From the NCBI RefSeq assembly GCF_964355755.1, contig NC_092678.1:7580422-7644421 (forward strand): 64,000 nucleotides of DNA, read 5' to 3'. Positions 1-14,356 of this stretch are shown one piece after another (position 1 is the stretch's first letter; each line of letters starts with the position of its first letter). Both the position numbers and the translations under genes were made by a program. The notes below the pieces were generated by a model. It was given only the letters and a program-made list of their open reading frames with translations, had not been told where the DNA came from and ran no database searches. Origin of the DNA: Antedon mediterranea. Taxonomy: Eukaryota; Animalia; Echinodermata.

Positions 1-3000
1 TCATTTTTATCATTTTATTGACATTCATATTTTTGAAACATGCACGTATGTTAACATACAATCGGAAAATGTTGATGTATGCCATCCTATTATACGCTTA
101 TAGTGCTGAGTTGTGCCTATATGCCATATACAATATGTACAGTATATACTGTACTGTGTATATCTATATACAGTGTAGCATAGGTGAAATTACGGACACA
201 CATCATGTTCTAAGTTTTTGGCACTGATGACATTATCAAAAAAAACTTGTGGATAACAATATTGAAAGATAATGAATTTAGCAATAAAATATAACAATTG
301 GAAGAAAATTTGGCACGTAGAAGGGCCGTGCGCGCTCTTTAAAAATTGTATAACTTTGACGAAAGAGATGAAAAAACTACTTTTTAAATTCAACTGGCCA
401 TAAGATAACGTCACAACATCTCATAGGCTTAATTTTTGTATGAATTCATATCTACATTTCACCAGCTATCATACTAAATTATAAACATCGAGGTCAACTT
501 TAATTCAGAAGAGCTGTAAGGTATTCAAATATACGTTGTAGGTAAAATTACGTAACCACCGTTATTTAAATTTTAAGACGTGATAACGTTATCCAAAAGA
601 AAATATTGGCAACTCATAAGTAACATAATTGGTTGAGGTAGAATATGTTAAAAATTAAAAGAAAATTGATCACAGATAAGCGAGTTGCGCTCTGTTGAAT
701 AAGGTGGTCTATGACAAAAGGGGAAAAACACCTATTTTCAAAATTCATGTGGCCAAATGATGACGTCATACCAATTTGTACGTCTAATGTGTATATACAT
801 TTATTTATACAACTCATTGGCTTTGACGAATTATACTGTAGGTGATCATTTTTATCATTTTATTGACATTCATATTTTTGAAACATGCACGTATGTTAAC
901 ATACCATCGGAAAATGTTGATGTATGCCATCCTATTATACGCTTATAGTGCTGAGTTGTGCCTATTATATGCCATAATACAATATGTACAGTATATACTG
1001 TACTGTGTATATCTATATACAGTGTAGCATAGGTGAAATTACGGACACACATCATGTTCTAAGTTTTTGGCACTGATGACATTATCAAAAAAAAACTTGT
1101 GGACAACAATATTGAAAAATAATGAATTTAGCAATAAAATATAACAATTGGAAGAAAATTTGGCACGTAGAAGGCTGTGCGCGCTCTTTAAAAATTGTAT
1201 AACTTTTGCGAAATATACGTTGTAGGTAAAATTACGTAACCACCGTTATTTAAATTTTAAGACATGATAACGTTATCCAAAAGAAAATATTGGCAAATTA
1301 TAAGTAACATAATTGGTTGAGGTAGAATGTGTTAAAAATTAAAAGAAAATCGATAACAGATAAGCGAGTTGCACTCTGTTGAATATGGTGGTCTATGACA
1401 AAAGGGGAAAAACCCCTATTTTTCAAAATTCATGTGGCCAAATGATGACGTCATACCATTCTGAACGTCTACTGTGTATATACATTTATTTATACAACTC
1501 ATTGGCTTCCATAATAAGTTAAAAAAATTGGGGGTCACCTTTCATTCTGAAAAGTTATATTCATTTTAAAAAGGCCCTACTTTTTACCATTTTTAGCACT
1601 TTTGTACATTTAATGTGCGCATTTTGTCATGTTTAACGTGCTCGTATATATTTTAAGTCGGAATGGACTCAAAGTTGGAGAATGTACTAAGGATTGTGAG
1701 TAGAATGTGATGTATACATCAAATTTTATTTTTTACGCTTTTTAAAACTCGCGTAGCCAAAAATATGTTTTTGCGCAGTAATTTTTTGAAACACGCAAAT
1801 GGCCTATTTCATGCTCTAAATTGATCAAAACTTAATTTTGAGCTTTTTAAAATTTTAATGCGCGATTTCACGCGCATGACCTTGAAACACGCAATTTTTT
1901 ATTTGCTAATACTTTTACCTTTGACCTGAAGTTTACGTGTAGTAAATTTCATTAATATGTGATAATGAATTATGGAGATATGATTGACAATGTGATTTCA
2001 CAAAATGGCGTATACGCGACGTCATGGATGAGTGATCACGCTGAAAAGCTTATTAGGACTAAGTTACAGTATTTGAACGACATTGTAAAATTTTGGTAAT
2101 CATTTACATTAAACTTTTTGAGGTAATTGTTACACAAATTTGTACAGAGAGAAATAAATAATAAGAACTAGAATTTAATTCGTCACTTTGACCAATTATA
2201 GGTGATCATTTTTATCATTTTAATGAAATTAATTTTTTTTAAACATGTACGTACGTTAACATACGATAGGAAAATGTTGATGTATGCCATCCTATTATAC
2301 GCTTATAGTGCTGAGTTATGCCTATTATATGCCATATACAATGTACAGTATATACTGTATATCTATATACAGTGTAGCATAGGTGAAATTATGGGACACA
2401 CATCAAGTTCAAATTTTTTGGTATGATGGAATTATCAAAATAAACTCGAAGATGACAATTTCGAAAGATAATGAATTGAGCAAATAAATATAAGGATTGG
2501 AAGAGAATTTGACACGTAGAAGCGCAATGCGCGCTCTTTGAAATTTGTATAACTTCGACTAAAGAAATTTAAAAACTACTTTTTAACTTCAACTGGCCAT
2601 ATGATAACATCACAACATCCGATAGGCTTAACTTTGATATGAATTCATATCTACATTTCATCAGCTTTCATAATAAATTATAATCTTCAAGGTCACCTTT
2701 AATTCTGAGGAGCTATAAGATATTCAAATGTATGGTGTAGCTGAAATTACACGACCTAGGTTATTCAAGTTTTTACGCGTGATGACGTCATCACAATAAA
2801 AATGTTGACAACTCACGAGAAAGATAATAATTTGAGCAAGCACATACTAAAATATCTGCAAAAATCGGGCTCAAATAACGGAGATGCGCTCTATTGAATG
2901 TGATAACCAACACAAAAAGATAAAAATTACTAATTTTTAAATTCAAGTGGCCATTTCATGACGTCATACCATTTTGTACGTCTAATATGTATATATATTT

Positions 3001-5248
3001 ATATCTACAACTTATTGGCTTCCATAATAAGTTAAAAAAATTGGGGGTCACCTGCCATTCTGAAGAGTTATGTTCATTTTAAAAAGGCCTTATTTTTTAC
3101 CATTTTTAGCACTTTTGTACAATTAATGTGCGCATTTGTCATTTTTAACGTGCTCGTATAGCGTTATTTTAAGTCGGAATGGACTCAAAGTCGGAGAATG
3201 TACTAAGGATTGTGAGTAGAATATGATGTATACATCAAATTTTATTTTTTACCCTTTTTAAAAATCGCGTGCGCAAAAATGTGTTTTTGCGCAGTAATTT
3301 TTTTAAACACGCAAATGGCCTATTTCATGCTCTAAATTGATCAAAACTTAAATTTGAGCTTTTTAAAATATTAATGCGCGATTTCACGCGCATGACCTTG
3401 AAACACGCAATTTTTTATTTGCTAATACTTTTACCTTTGACCTGAAGTTTACGTGTAGTGAATTTCATTAATATGTGATAATGAATTATGGAGATATGAT
3501 TGACAATGTGATTTCACAAAATGGCGTATACGCGACGTCATGGATGAGTGATCACGCTGAAAAGCTTATTAGGACTAAGTTACAGTATTTGAAAGACATT
3601 GTAAAATTTTGGTAATCATTAACATTAAACTTTTTGAGATATTTGTTACACAAAATCTGTACAGAGAGAAATAAATAACTAGAATTTAATTCGTCACTTT
3701 GACGAATTATAGGTGATCATTTTTATCATTTTATTGACATTCATATTTTTTAAACATGCACGTATGTTAACATACGATCGGAAAATGTTGATGTATGCCA
3801 TCCTATTATACGCTTATAGTGCTGAGTTGTGCCTATTATATGCCATATACAATATGTACTGTATATACTGTACTGTGTATATCTATATACAGTGTAGCAT
3901 AGGTGAATTTACGGGACCCACATCATGTTCTAATTTTTTTGTATGATGACGTTGTCAAAATAAACTTGAAGAGAACAATATCGAAAGATAATGAATTGAG
4001 CAATAAAATATAACAATTGGAAGAAAATTTGGCACGTAGAAGCGCGGTGCGCGCTCTTTAAAATTTGTATAACTTTGACGAAAGAGATGAAAAAATGACT
4101 TTTTAACTTCAACTGGCCATATGATAACGTCACAACATCCGATAGGCTTCATTTTTATATGAATACATATCTACATTTCACTAGATCTCATAATAAGTTA
4201 TAAACATCAAGGTCAACTTTAATTCAGAAGAGCTGTAAGGTATTCAAATTTACCTTGTAGTTGAAATTACGTAACCACCGTTATTTAAATTTTAAGACGT
4301 GATGACGTTATCCAAATGAAAATCTTGGCAATTCATAAGTAACATAATTGGTTGAGGCACAATGTATTAAAAATTAAAAGAAAATCGATCACAGATAAGC
4401 GAGTTGCGCTCTGTTGAATATGGTGGTCTATGACAAAAGGGGAAAAAATCCTATTTTAAAAATTCATGTGGCCAAATGATGACGTCATACAATTTTGTAC
4501 GTCTAATGTGTATATACATTTATATCTACAACTCATTGGCTTCCATAATAAGTTAAAAAAATTTGGGGTCACCGTGCATTCTGAAGAATTATTTTCATTT
4601 CAGAAATGCCTTATTTTTTACCATTTTTAGCACTTTTGTACAATTAATGTGCGCATTTTGTCATTTTTAACGTGCTCGTATAGCACTATTTTAAGTCGAA
4701 ATGGACTCAAATTTGGTGGGTGTACCAAGTAAGATGAGTAGAATGCAATTTGTACAAAAAAATTGTATTTTTTACGCTTTCTGTGTACGCACGCGCAAAA
4801 ACGTGTTTTTGCGCAGTAATTTTTTAAAACACGCAAATGGCCTAATTCATGCTCTAAATTGATCAAAACATAATTTTGAGCTTTTTAAATTTTTAACGTG
4901 CGATTTCACGCGCATGACCCTACGTGCGCGTGCGTTTTTATTTGCTAATATTTTTACCCTTGACCTGAAGTTTACGTGTTGTGAATTTTATTAATATGTA
5001 ATAATGAGTTATGGAGATATGATTGATAATGTGATTTCACAAAATGGCGTATAAATAACGTCACGGATGAGTGATCACGCTGAAAAGCTTATTAGAACTA
5101 AGTTACAGTATTTGAAAGACATTGTGAAATTTTGGCAATCATTGACATTTAACTTTTTGAGATAATTGTTACACAAAATAGTGTACAGAAAGAATAAAGA
5201 TTTCATACAATAACAATAGGTGATCATTTTATTCTAAATGATCACCTA
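1..5248 (+). mobile_element. Array of about 4 copies of a ~1.5 kb Helentron-associated (HINE/DINE-like) non-autonomous element
   Basis: Near-identical units restart at about 1, 822, 2167 and 3678. Heads read ACTAGAATTTAATTCGTCA-CTT-TGACGAATT (hairpin) followed by AGGTGATCATTT. A 3' hairpin TAGGTGATCATTT-TATTCT-AAATGATCACCTA lies at 5217-5248. No coding capacity. Confidence 0.75.
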
Positions 5249-6820
5249 ACTAGACATGTAACTCGTCACTTTGACGAGTTTGGTTATCCGCCGCGCAAGT
5301 GGTGCAACATTAACATTAAGGGGATAGGTTGAGGACAAAAGGAAGTGTTCACGTTGGCATTATGACCTGAACTGAAGAATATGATATGTTGTTATTGCTG
5401 AATTTTATTATTTAAATTCATATATAGTATACACAGTATAATCTGTATCCATATCACATACAGTGACATACATAGAATAGGCGAAATTACGGGACCCGTT
5501 ATTTATTGCAATTTTTAACATGTTGACGGTTTTAAAATGAAACGCGAAGGTAGCAATTCCGAAAGGAAATTATCTCAGCAACAACGTATTAGCGTGTAGA
5601 AGAAATTTGAATACGTGAAATATTGATGCGCGCTCGTTTAAATGTAATGAATTATGACGCAAAAGATGAAAATACGACCTTTTTTATTTTACTGGCCATA
5701 TGATGACGTCACAACATCCGATTGGCAACATTTTTACATAATTTTGTATCTACAATCCAATAGCTTCCAGAAAAAGTTTTAATCGTGATTATCACATTTT
5801 ATTCTTACGAGCTATAACAGATTAAAATTTACTGTAAAGATGAAATTAATGCCACACGTGATTTAAATTTTTAGGCATGATGACGTCAAAAAAATTAAAA
5901 TATTTTTAACTCATGCGAAAGATACTTGATTGACCTAGACAATATTAAAATCGGGGTGAAAATGGAAAACGGATAAGTGGAGATGCGCTCTATTCAATGT
6001 GATGAGCTATGACGAAAGATACAAAAATCCTAAATTTTATATTCGCGTGGCCATACGATGACGTCACAATGTCCGGTTAGCCATATTAGTACCTGATCCG
6101 ACATCTACAACTCATCTACTTCTAGAATATGTCATCCACAAAAATTTGACCGTCTAGTTTAGAAAGTACGACTGTTTTAAAAAAGGCATATTTTAAACGA
6201 ATTTTTTAACCTTTTCATAAAAAACGCGCGCAAATTGTCCAATTCGACGTGCTCGTATGACGTATCTTTAAGTCGAAATTGTTTAAAATTTTGTAAAATT
6301 ACTAGAAAAGGCTGGAAAAACATAAATCACGCGAAAAAAATACGTTTTCAATGCTATGTGCGCACCGCACACGTAAAAATATGCGCACGCGTGGGAATTT
6401 TTGACATGCTTAAACCGACATGAAACGCGTAGAAAGTTGATTAGAAAATAATTTTGCGCATTTTGAAATTTTAAATGCGCGTGCGCGCGTAACTTTGTGT
6501 AAAACACGGAATTTTTTTTCAACAGGAAGTTAGCGCATGATATAAATTAAACTTTTGCAAAGTTTCAAGTTGAAATGTTATTTGGTTGTCGAGCTATGTT
6601 AAATACGACAAAATCGTTAAATCGCGCGTAAGTCACGTTGCGCAATTGTAAACGTCATGAAAAGCTTCGCTTGACGACGTTACGTAAATGTCAATATGTT
6701 AAGATAGTTACCGAAATGTTATGTTTGCGAGTTTTAGAGAAAAGCGTTACACAAAAATCATACAGAATGATTTCGTACAATCACAAGAGGTTATCCTGCA
6801 ACTTCGTTGCGGATAACCAA
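5249..6820 (+). mobile_element. Diverged HINE-like element of a related subfamily
   Basis: Starts ACTAG, with a 5' hairpin AACTCGTCA-CTT-TGACGAGTT and a subterminal GGTTATCC. Ends in the hairpin GGTTATCC-TGCAAC-TTC-GTTGC-GGATAACC (6789-6818). The body has patchy similarity to the upstream units. Confidence 0.65.
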
Positions 6821-6830
6821 TAAGAATAAG

Positions 6831-6958
6831 AATAAAGATTTCATACAATAACAATAGGTGATCATTTTATTCTAAATGATCACCTAATAAGAAGAAGAAG
6901 AATAAAGATTTCATACAATAACAATAGGTGATCATTTTATTCTAAATGATCACCTAAT
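6831..6958 (+). repeat. Two orphan 3' tails of the HINE family
   Basis: AATAAAGATTTCATACAATAACAATAGGTGATCATTTTATTCTAAATGATCACCTAA occurs at 6831 and 6901 and is identical to the copy at 5193-5249. Confidence 0.85.
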
Positions 6959-7662
6959 AATTAGGTTATATGCATTATCATATAACCTAATTAAAAGTTA
7001 AATTGAACAAAATTTAAAGCCCCATTCCCTACGTTTTTTAGATCTAATTTAAGATCACAAACTATATTTAATGTAAAAATAATACTATATGGTCCTATTG
7101 CGATAACTTTTTTCGTCTTTAAACGGTTAAAAATGTGAAAAATAAATCGATTTTAATAATTATAGCGGCCCGCTATAAATCCCAAAATGCATTGCGCGCG
7201 GATTGATATTTTTGTTTTTCACCTGTAATTCGCCCACTTTTCGATCGATCGTGAAGCCAAAACAAATGGAAGACTCCTAACTTTTCAGCGAAAATACCGG
7301 GTGTTCCCCAATTTGTATCAACGGAGTCTGGCAAAAATAGAAAGACAATTAATGCAGCAACTATACAACGTCAGGCTAGGTATATAGCTAGCGTACGATG
7401 TTCGTACGTTACCGTTGTTTACCAGCTAGGCCTACAAAACTAAGCCTAGCTAGGCTAGGCCTGAGACCGTCCGCGAGAGTTCGATCGCCGCGAGCTACTT
7501 AGGTAGTGCATTGTTTCTCACTTTTTATCATAATTTACCATAAAACGTACATTTAAGACAAGGAATGACATGGTTTAATGTTTTTAAAGTGATATATATG
7601 TATTATTTTCCAAAAAACGTCCAAAATTGCAGGGAAGGGGTCTTTAAAAACATCATACTTAC

Positions 7663-7896
7663 AAGTTACATTCACTGTAAATGTACAGTTTCCTGTATTA
7701 CCAGCTCTATCAATCGCATTACATATAACTTCAGTTGAACCAATAGGAATATATGTATTAGATGGAGTACAAGTAGCTGACAGATCAGTATCAGTATTGT
7801 CAGTGACTGAGGTGTCTGGATTCGAGAACCATTTTGTATTTGAGCTTGACGATAACACTATTTCACCTTGGCATTTAACAACAGGTTTCTCATTAT
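7663..7896 (-). CDS. Gene B exon: HYR (hyalin repeat) domain
   Basis: 234 nt, AG/GTAAGT boundaries, phase 1-1; DNEKPVVKCQG...TDNTD...ATCTPS...IGSTEVICNAIDRAGNTGNCTFTVNV. Confidence 0.9.
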
Positions 7897-8192
7897 CTAT
7901 AAAAGAAACCAATTTGTTTTATTATTTAAAATACATTATGATATGAAGGTTTATGAAGATAAATAATATTATTATAAGAACTTCACTCCTATAATATTAT
8001 CCAGTACATCATTCAGCCACAAGCTAAATATAAATAATATATCAATATATCAAAACTAAAATTAGTAGACTGAATTAATCATCAACAAATAAACAAAAAT
8101 AATATCTGGAAATAATACATTTAAAAAGTTATCTAAGGGCAAAATTCAGTAATTTGCATATAACTTCTAGAGTCTTTACCTTATGGTATTCA

Positions 8193-10575
8193 GTTTAATG
8201 GTTTAATGGTTTGTAATTTGTATAGCGCAAAATACAAGTCTCTATGTGCTGTTTAGCACAAGTGTGAAAATGATAATTTTGATGGAAAATAAACCACGAA
8301 ATAGCCTAAAAAACCGAATAAATAGACCAAGACAACAGAAAAAGTCTGAAAACGGAATGTCACATCACCCACACTGTTTCACTTGTCAAGACAAGCTAAC
8401 TATTCACAAGTGTCAAAGTGATGTGAGCATCTGACTATATATATGAATGTATATGAAAAAATAATGAAATCACACAGAACGAAACAAGTGAGTCTTCAAG
8501 TGAGCTTTGAAGATCGAAAGATCGCTCACCACATGACTACAATCTACACGGTGGATTGTCAAGAGTGGTTAAGTCAGACGTTGACCGGAGGGAACGAGTA
8601 CAGGTAGCTGAACGAAACTTGATCAACTCTGAAATATACGCTGGGGACAAATGATGAATGGATTTGAAAACAAATAAAAGAACTTTGAAAACAATACGCT
8701 TTTCAACAGGGAGCCAATGGAGACGACGGAGAACAGGGGTGATATGTTGAAATTTAGGTGTCCGAGTGATGAGACGGGCGGTACTATTCATTAGTAGTTG
8801 AAGTCTTCTAATAGATGTTTGAGGCAATCCATAAAGAACTCCATTACAATAGTCCAATCTGGATGTTACTAGGGCATGCACCAGCTTTAATGTAGCATCC
8901 TCGTTTAAGAAACGTCTAACTACCCTGATGTTCCAGAGTTGAAAAGATACTGCTCAGCTAATATTGGTGATATGCCTATTCATGGATAAAGCGGAGTCAC
9001 ATGTTACGCCGACATTACGTACCTCAGACGATGGAATGATATAGGCGTCTCCCACACGAATGGTTTCAATTATGGGCATGTTTGCTTGACGTTTGGGCTT
9101 TATGTAAAGGATTTCAGTCTTATCAGTGTTACAGCAAAGCATGTTGGAAGACGGCCACGAATGTACATCATCAATACATGCTTCTAGGATGCGGATTGAC
9201 TCAGTGGTATTCTCGTCTGGATTGAAAGAAGTATACAGTTGAGTATCATCAGCGTAAATGTGATACTTGATTGCATGTTTGTGAATAATATCACCGAGAG
9301 GGCGCATGTAAATTAAGAACAAAATGGGCCCCAGGGTGGAACCTCAATGTAATGTATTTAAGAGTTGAACCATGCCAACACTGTACCAGAAAGACCTAAG
9401 TCTGAAAGTCGATCTATGAGGATACAACGGTCAATAGTATTGAAGGCCGCGGATAAGTCCAGGTATACAGACGATTTCGATCCAAGTCGGCCCTAATCCG
9501 TCTCGGCCAAAGTCAAGTCGGCCCCAAGTCAAGTCGGCCCCAAGTCAACTCGGCCCCAAGTCAACTCGGCCTCACGTCAACTTGGCCAAAAAATAATCGG
9601 TCAACTCGGCCCCATTAAAGTATGGAACGCAAAATGTGCAAAGGAAGGGGATTGATATTTCTTCACATTTTTTTACCTATGAATAATTCTACTTTTAATG
9701 AATATTAATATTTAGACAATGATACATTTAGCAACAAAAATAAGAATGATAAGCAATCATACTATTATTAATGATTACAATTTGGATAATAAATAGGAAC
9801 ACATTGTAGGTCCAATAATGATGATGCACGTACGTCGGCGCGTCTGTTCGTTTGTGCGTCAAAATTCAATGTCCGATATGCGAGGACAGGTGTAGTAAGA
9901 TTGTTTGGTTGAATCATTGAGGTATAAAATATTAATGTTAACTCCATGGTTGAATCACGCGTAGATTTTTTTCAGTGTATGCATATCCATTTGATCAGGC
10001 AACATCTGAAACCAATTCGTAGCTGCGCCTCCCTGCTCCTTTGGTAGCTATTTCGATATCTACAACTTCTACGTGTTTTCGCTGACCGGGGATTCCCCTT
10101 TTTTAAAAACGCAAATCGTGGACAAAAACGAGGCATGCCAAATGGTGGAACGTAGGCCTACGTCTTCGATTTACTAAAATGCGGTACCTGCACATGTTTT
10201 TGTAACACGCGGGTACTTCTATTCATATCGGCAATGAGATCATTTTTTAGAGTATTTTTCTTATTTCTTAATTTTTTTTAAAGCGTGGATAGTAATAATC
10301 ATAATAATATTAAGCACTTTTTGCGTTCCATACTTTATTGTGGCCGAGTTGACCGATTAGTTTTTTTGGCCGAGTTGACTTGAGGCCGAGTTGACTTGAG
10401 GCCGAGTTGACTTGGGGCCGAGTTGACGTGGGGCCGACTTGACGTGGGGCCAACTTGACGTGGGGCCGACTTGACTTTGGCCGAGACGGTTTGGGGCCGA
10501 CTTGACCTGCACCCATACAGACACTGTACAGTGTCCCTTGTCGAGGGCCTGCAAAATATCGTTATTTACATTGAC
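8193..10575 (-). mobile_element. Degenerate L2-clade LINE (RT and C-terminal region), interrupted by a MITE
   Basis: Motifs [30 protein letters not shown] and LHWLPVEKRIVFK. Frameshifts and stops are present. An L2-type tail (GCGCTATAC plus short repeats) lies near 8193-8250. Confidence 0.85.
9473..10514. mobile_element. MITE with 16-bp subterminal repeats and an 8-bp TSD (MULE/hAT-like)
   Basis: Inverted arrays of AAGTCAACTCGGCCCC at both ends. ATACAGAC is duplicated at 9465-9472 and 10515-10522, splitting the L2 RT motif. Confidence 0.85.
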
Positions 10576-11877
10576 TAGATGGTACGCTCGCTTCGCTCGC
10601 GTACCATCTAGGTCGTGCCCACAGATGGTTCTCGAATACACAGTAATTTCAGCGTAACAAAACTGGCGATTTCAAATGTACGTACCGCAGGACTATATAC
10701 ATTGTCGTTTACAGAAACGAATAAATAGACACGATGATTTATGTAGTCAACTAAAATTAGCACCCTGGGAATTACTTCCGAAGGAGAAACTTATCACAAA
10801 ATCAAGTTTTTGATTTGGACTCATTTAAAGAAACCCAATTTGTGTTTTGTATGTAACATTAGGGTTGAGGGATGGGAAAGCGGATAGGTACAAAGAGGAA
10901 CAATTTTTAAATATTATTATTCTTTATCCACTCAGTAACGAAATATTTTTTTCATGTTTTATAGGCCTATAAATAATATACCTCTAAATACAGTAAAACA
11001 TTTGCGATTTAATACTTTTTTTATTTTATTTATTTATTTATTTCTTTTAAATATTCATTGTACACTAATTTTCCCCGTGTATGGCAAGAGATTCCTAATT
11101 ATATTAGAGAACATTCTTTATTTAGTTTAGTTAAAACTGTCACTGTCATAATCGATTGAAATATTAAAGTACCATGTCACGATACACAACTACGACGTTT
11201 ATATTTGGTAATTATTAATTAATACAAACGTTGAGAAAGAACTGTCGGTATAAAGTTTATTTGTATATAATAATGTGTTTATATATCTAACAGTAGAGCC
11301 TATCCACAATCTCGCAAGTTTATTCTCAAAGGGCCCATATATTTACCTACCGTATGTGTTAAACCAAGGGCTCATAAATTTACCTACAGTACTTGTGTTA
11401 AACCAAACTCTGGCAGACTGAGAGATTGGGATGTTCCATTCATCGCAAATCAATAGATTTGTATATCGTATATTAAATCTATCAAAATAGTATTTTTTAA
11501 AGAAAATCGGCCTGTCTTCAACATTATGATGGTGTACTCTAGCTGTTCAACCGGTTTTCAGCCATTAAAAACAATTATCGTAGGAGGAGATAGGAAAATG
11601 CGAAGCCTCCTCGCATTTTTGTGGCGGGTATTTTTCAAGACGGACATCCATTAGACAGTGTATACCACGATCGAAAAACACCCCTATTTGGGGCAAATAG
11701 TTGAACCTAAATTCGTTTTAATCGTCAATAACTAATTATCGAACTCAATTTAATTAGTAAACAGGGTTACATCAGGTGGTTAAAATCAGTACCGAAAGTA
11801 CGAACCAACTTTATATACCATCGAGTAAACATTCTAGAAATAACGCGCGATTTACCGAATTTTGCCCTTACGTAAAT

Positions 11878-12110
11878 TTATATATAGATGCTGCGGTCGA
11901 CAATGTATTGAACAAATTCTGTAGATTTGTTGCATATAGATTGTGCATTCCAAATAGTAAGTTTTATGCGAATGTCTGAAGAGCTATTTGACACAGGAAT
12001 GTCATCAGTAGAAACTAAAGAAGGTGTAACAATAGGTGTAGACTTGTTTACCGGCACGGCGGCCACTGCTAGGGGGTAAAATGTTAAACTTCCTAAGGTT
12101 ATAAAATACT
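11878..12110 (-). mobile_element. LINE APE-endonuclease N-terminal fragment
   Basis: IKLTIWNAQSICNKSTEFVQYI is typical of the start of a LINE ORF2 endonuclease. Confidence 0.6.
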
Positions 12111-12453
12111 GTGGATGACACTCTGGCTTTTAGACCTAGGCCTAACAATGGCAAACGGATGAATGGGGCGAGAAGGCTCAAAACAGGGTGACCTTTCACG
12201 TAAAACTGGCAAGCCGAGGCCTAGCCAGTGGTAAAAAACTTGAGTCAAAGTCTGACTTGAAGGCCGTGAATAAAACATTCAAATACGAGAAATGATATGT
12301 CTCGGATGTAAAGAGACAAATTAACAGCAAAATTTTGACAAAAATTGTGCAAAAATAGTGGGTTCATACTTTCCGTACTTATTTTACTACCAAATATAAA
12401 CCAGTCTAGTTGAGTTAGACAATTAGTTATTGACAATTGAAGCGAATTTAAGT

Positions 12454-13008
12454 TTAAAGATGTATTGTCCCTTGAAACACAAAAAAATGAAGGTCAAAAT
12501 ATTCTAAATTTAAAGTGGCCATATCAAATTAAGTAATATTAAAGTTATTCACTTTAAGTCGAAAATTTGAGCCAAAAACAACAAGTTTACGTAATTAACA
12601 GGTAAATTAGTTTGATTACATTTCATCTGGAAAATCGTCATGAGCAAAAGTAAACAAAGATTTCAAACCATGAGTACGCATTATGCATACCGGTATGCTA
12701 AATTAGGATTGTTTACAACTCGTCACAGTTAAGAAGGTATATTTGAGGAAGTTTTATGATTATGCATACAGAGTAGCCAAAGAAGCGCATTTCATTATGG
12801 GATATGTTTTGATTGAAAACTTTGACTGGAAGTCAAAGTTATTTTTTTAACAAAAAAACGTCTGTATTTCAGTTAAAAAATTTTTTTTTCCAAAAATTTT
12901 TGGTGATAGTTAATAACTATTATGATACTTCAAAATGACCCACCTTTTTTCAAAATCTTTTATTTTTTATTTTTTTTGGAATTAGTCAAAGGGACAATAC
13001 ATCTTTAA
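12454..13008. mobile_element. TTAA-flanked MITE (Kolobok-like)
   Basis: TTAA-AGATGTATTGTCCC ... GGGACAATACATCT-TTAA. A relative is at 46203-46537. Confidence 0.85.
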
Positions 13009-13144
13009 CTATTTTCCCACAATATAGGCCTAGATAAAGTTGATATAAAATCCCTGATCCGTGTTGACACAAATGTTATAATTGTTTTACTCAATCAAGT
13101 CAATATTTTTATACTATGGTACTTTATACTGAATTCTAGCTTAC

Positions 13145-13384
13145 CTTCTTCATAGAATTGTACATTAAAAGTGCATTGACCAGTATTACCATCGCTATCA
13201 GTTGCAGTACATGTTACAGTAGTAGGACCAGAAGGAAATGATGAACCAGAAGAATGAGTACAATTATTAGCAACCACTCTAGAGGAAATGTCATCCATTA
13301 CTGTGGGTGGATCCCATGTTACAGTTGAGGGTATACCAATAATACCAATGTTACTTGGACAAGTCACAATTGGTATAAAAGGGA
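13145..13384 (-). CDS. Gene B exon: HYR domain
   Basis: 240 nt, phase 1-1; PIVTCPSNI...VTWDPPTVMDD...SGSSFPSGPTTVTCTATDSDGNTGQCTFNV. Confidence 0.9.
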
Positions 13385-13800
13385 CTGGAAAAAAACAAAC
13401 AATAAATATATTACACTTGTATGTACCACAACATCTTATTAATGTCTACTTATTAATCCAAGTTTCTATTTTACACCTATATTGTTAGTTTATAGTTTTT
13501 ATCAGTTTTCATCATTATGATAAAGTTAAATTACTTGAATCTTACAAAACACCCTATGTTATTTTATATTGAAGAAGTTTAGGTTAAAAATTATGTAAAT
13601 GGCAAAATATGATGTGAACTCAACTTAACCCAAGCAGAAATGTTCTTTGAGATGTTAAAATCAATAATTAAAAAAACAGAATTATTGAAAACAAATTATA
13701 TATTTACAAGCATTTGTTGTTTGATTTCAAATTCCTTATAATTTTGCTTTGCTTCATAAAATTAAATCATCCATATAGTTATAAATAAAAAATTATTTAC

Positions 13801-13992
13801 TTCCATAAACCCGCACTTCACAAAGAGTGATCTCAATACTTCTCTTTTGAAAAAGAAATACAAATCGTCCAATTCTAGGCCTACAGTGTACAGATTGGTC
13901 ATTTCTTGAACCAATGGATCCACATTTGTTGCTGGAATTTAAAGGTGAATCTTCACTATCAACTACGTACACCTCTGTCCCAAAATTAGATA
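13801..13992 (-). CDS. Gene B exon: F-type lectin (fucolectin/FTP) domain, part 3
   Basis: 192 nt, phase 1-1; KCG...VHC..RIGRFV...ITLCEVRVYG matches the C-terminal FTP signature. Confidence 0.85.
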
Positions 13993-14356
13993 CTAAATAA
14001 ACAATTTTTAAAAAGTACATTTGAAATCAACAGATAATGATAAAAATAACTTATTTTAAATTACTAACTTTAATTTAGATATACAATCAGTTTTGTGTTT
14101 TTCTGGCTGCAGTGAAACTGTCACTTACGGGGTTTGATACATAAAACAATGCAACATCAAAAACAGTGATCTTTCCTTATATTTTGATGATACTGATGAT
14201 GAATAAAGCATATTTGCTTTGATTTAGGTGTGTAATAAAAGTAATGAATGTTTCGTATTTGTTGAGCAGAGAGAATGTTTCATTCATTGAAAGATTGACT
14301 TAAATAGAGCAGTAAATTCCATAGTCTGATGATTTGTGAATGTAAAGTGTACATAC

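Larger units (their letters stand above)
11679..13030. mobile_element. Old long-TIR element (degenerate inverted arms)
   Basis: 11679-11870 is the approximate reverse complement of 12300-12453 joined to 13009-13030 once the nested MITE is removed. Confidence 0.5.

Noticed and set aside
18-4152. Repeated short ORFs (MLTYDRKMLMYAILL...)
   Set aside because: They lie in non-coding repeat units, and the frames differ between copies.
9500-10505. CRISPR-like short repeats
   Set aside because: No unique spacers, eukaryotic context, and explained as MITE subterminal repeats.
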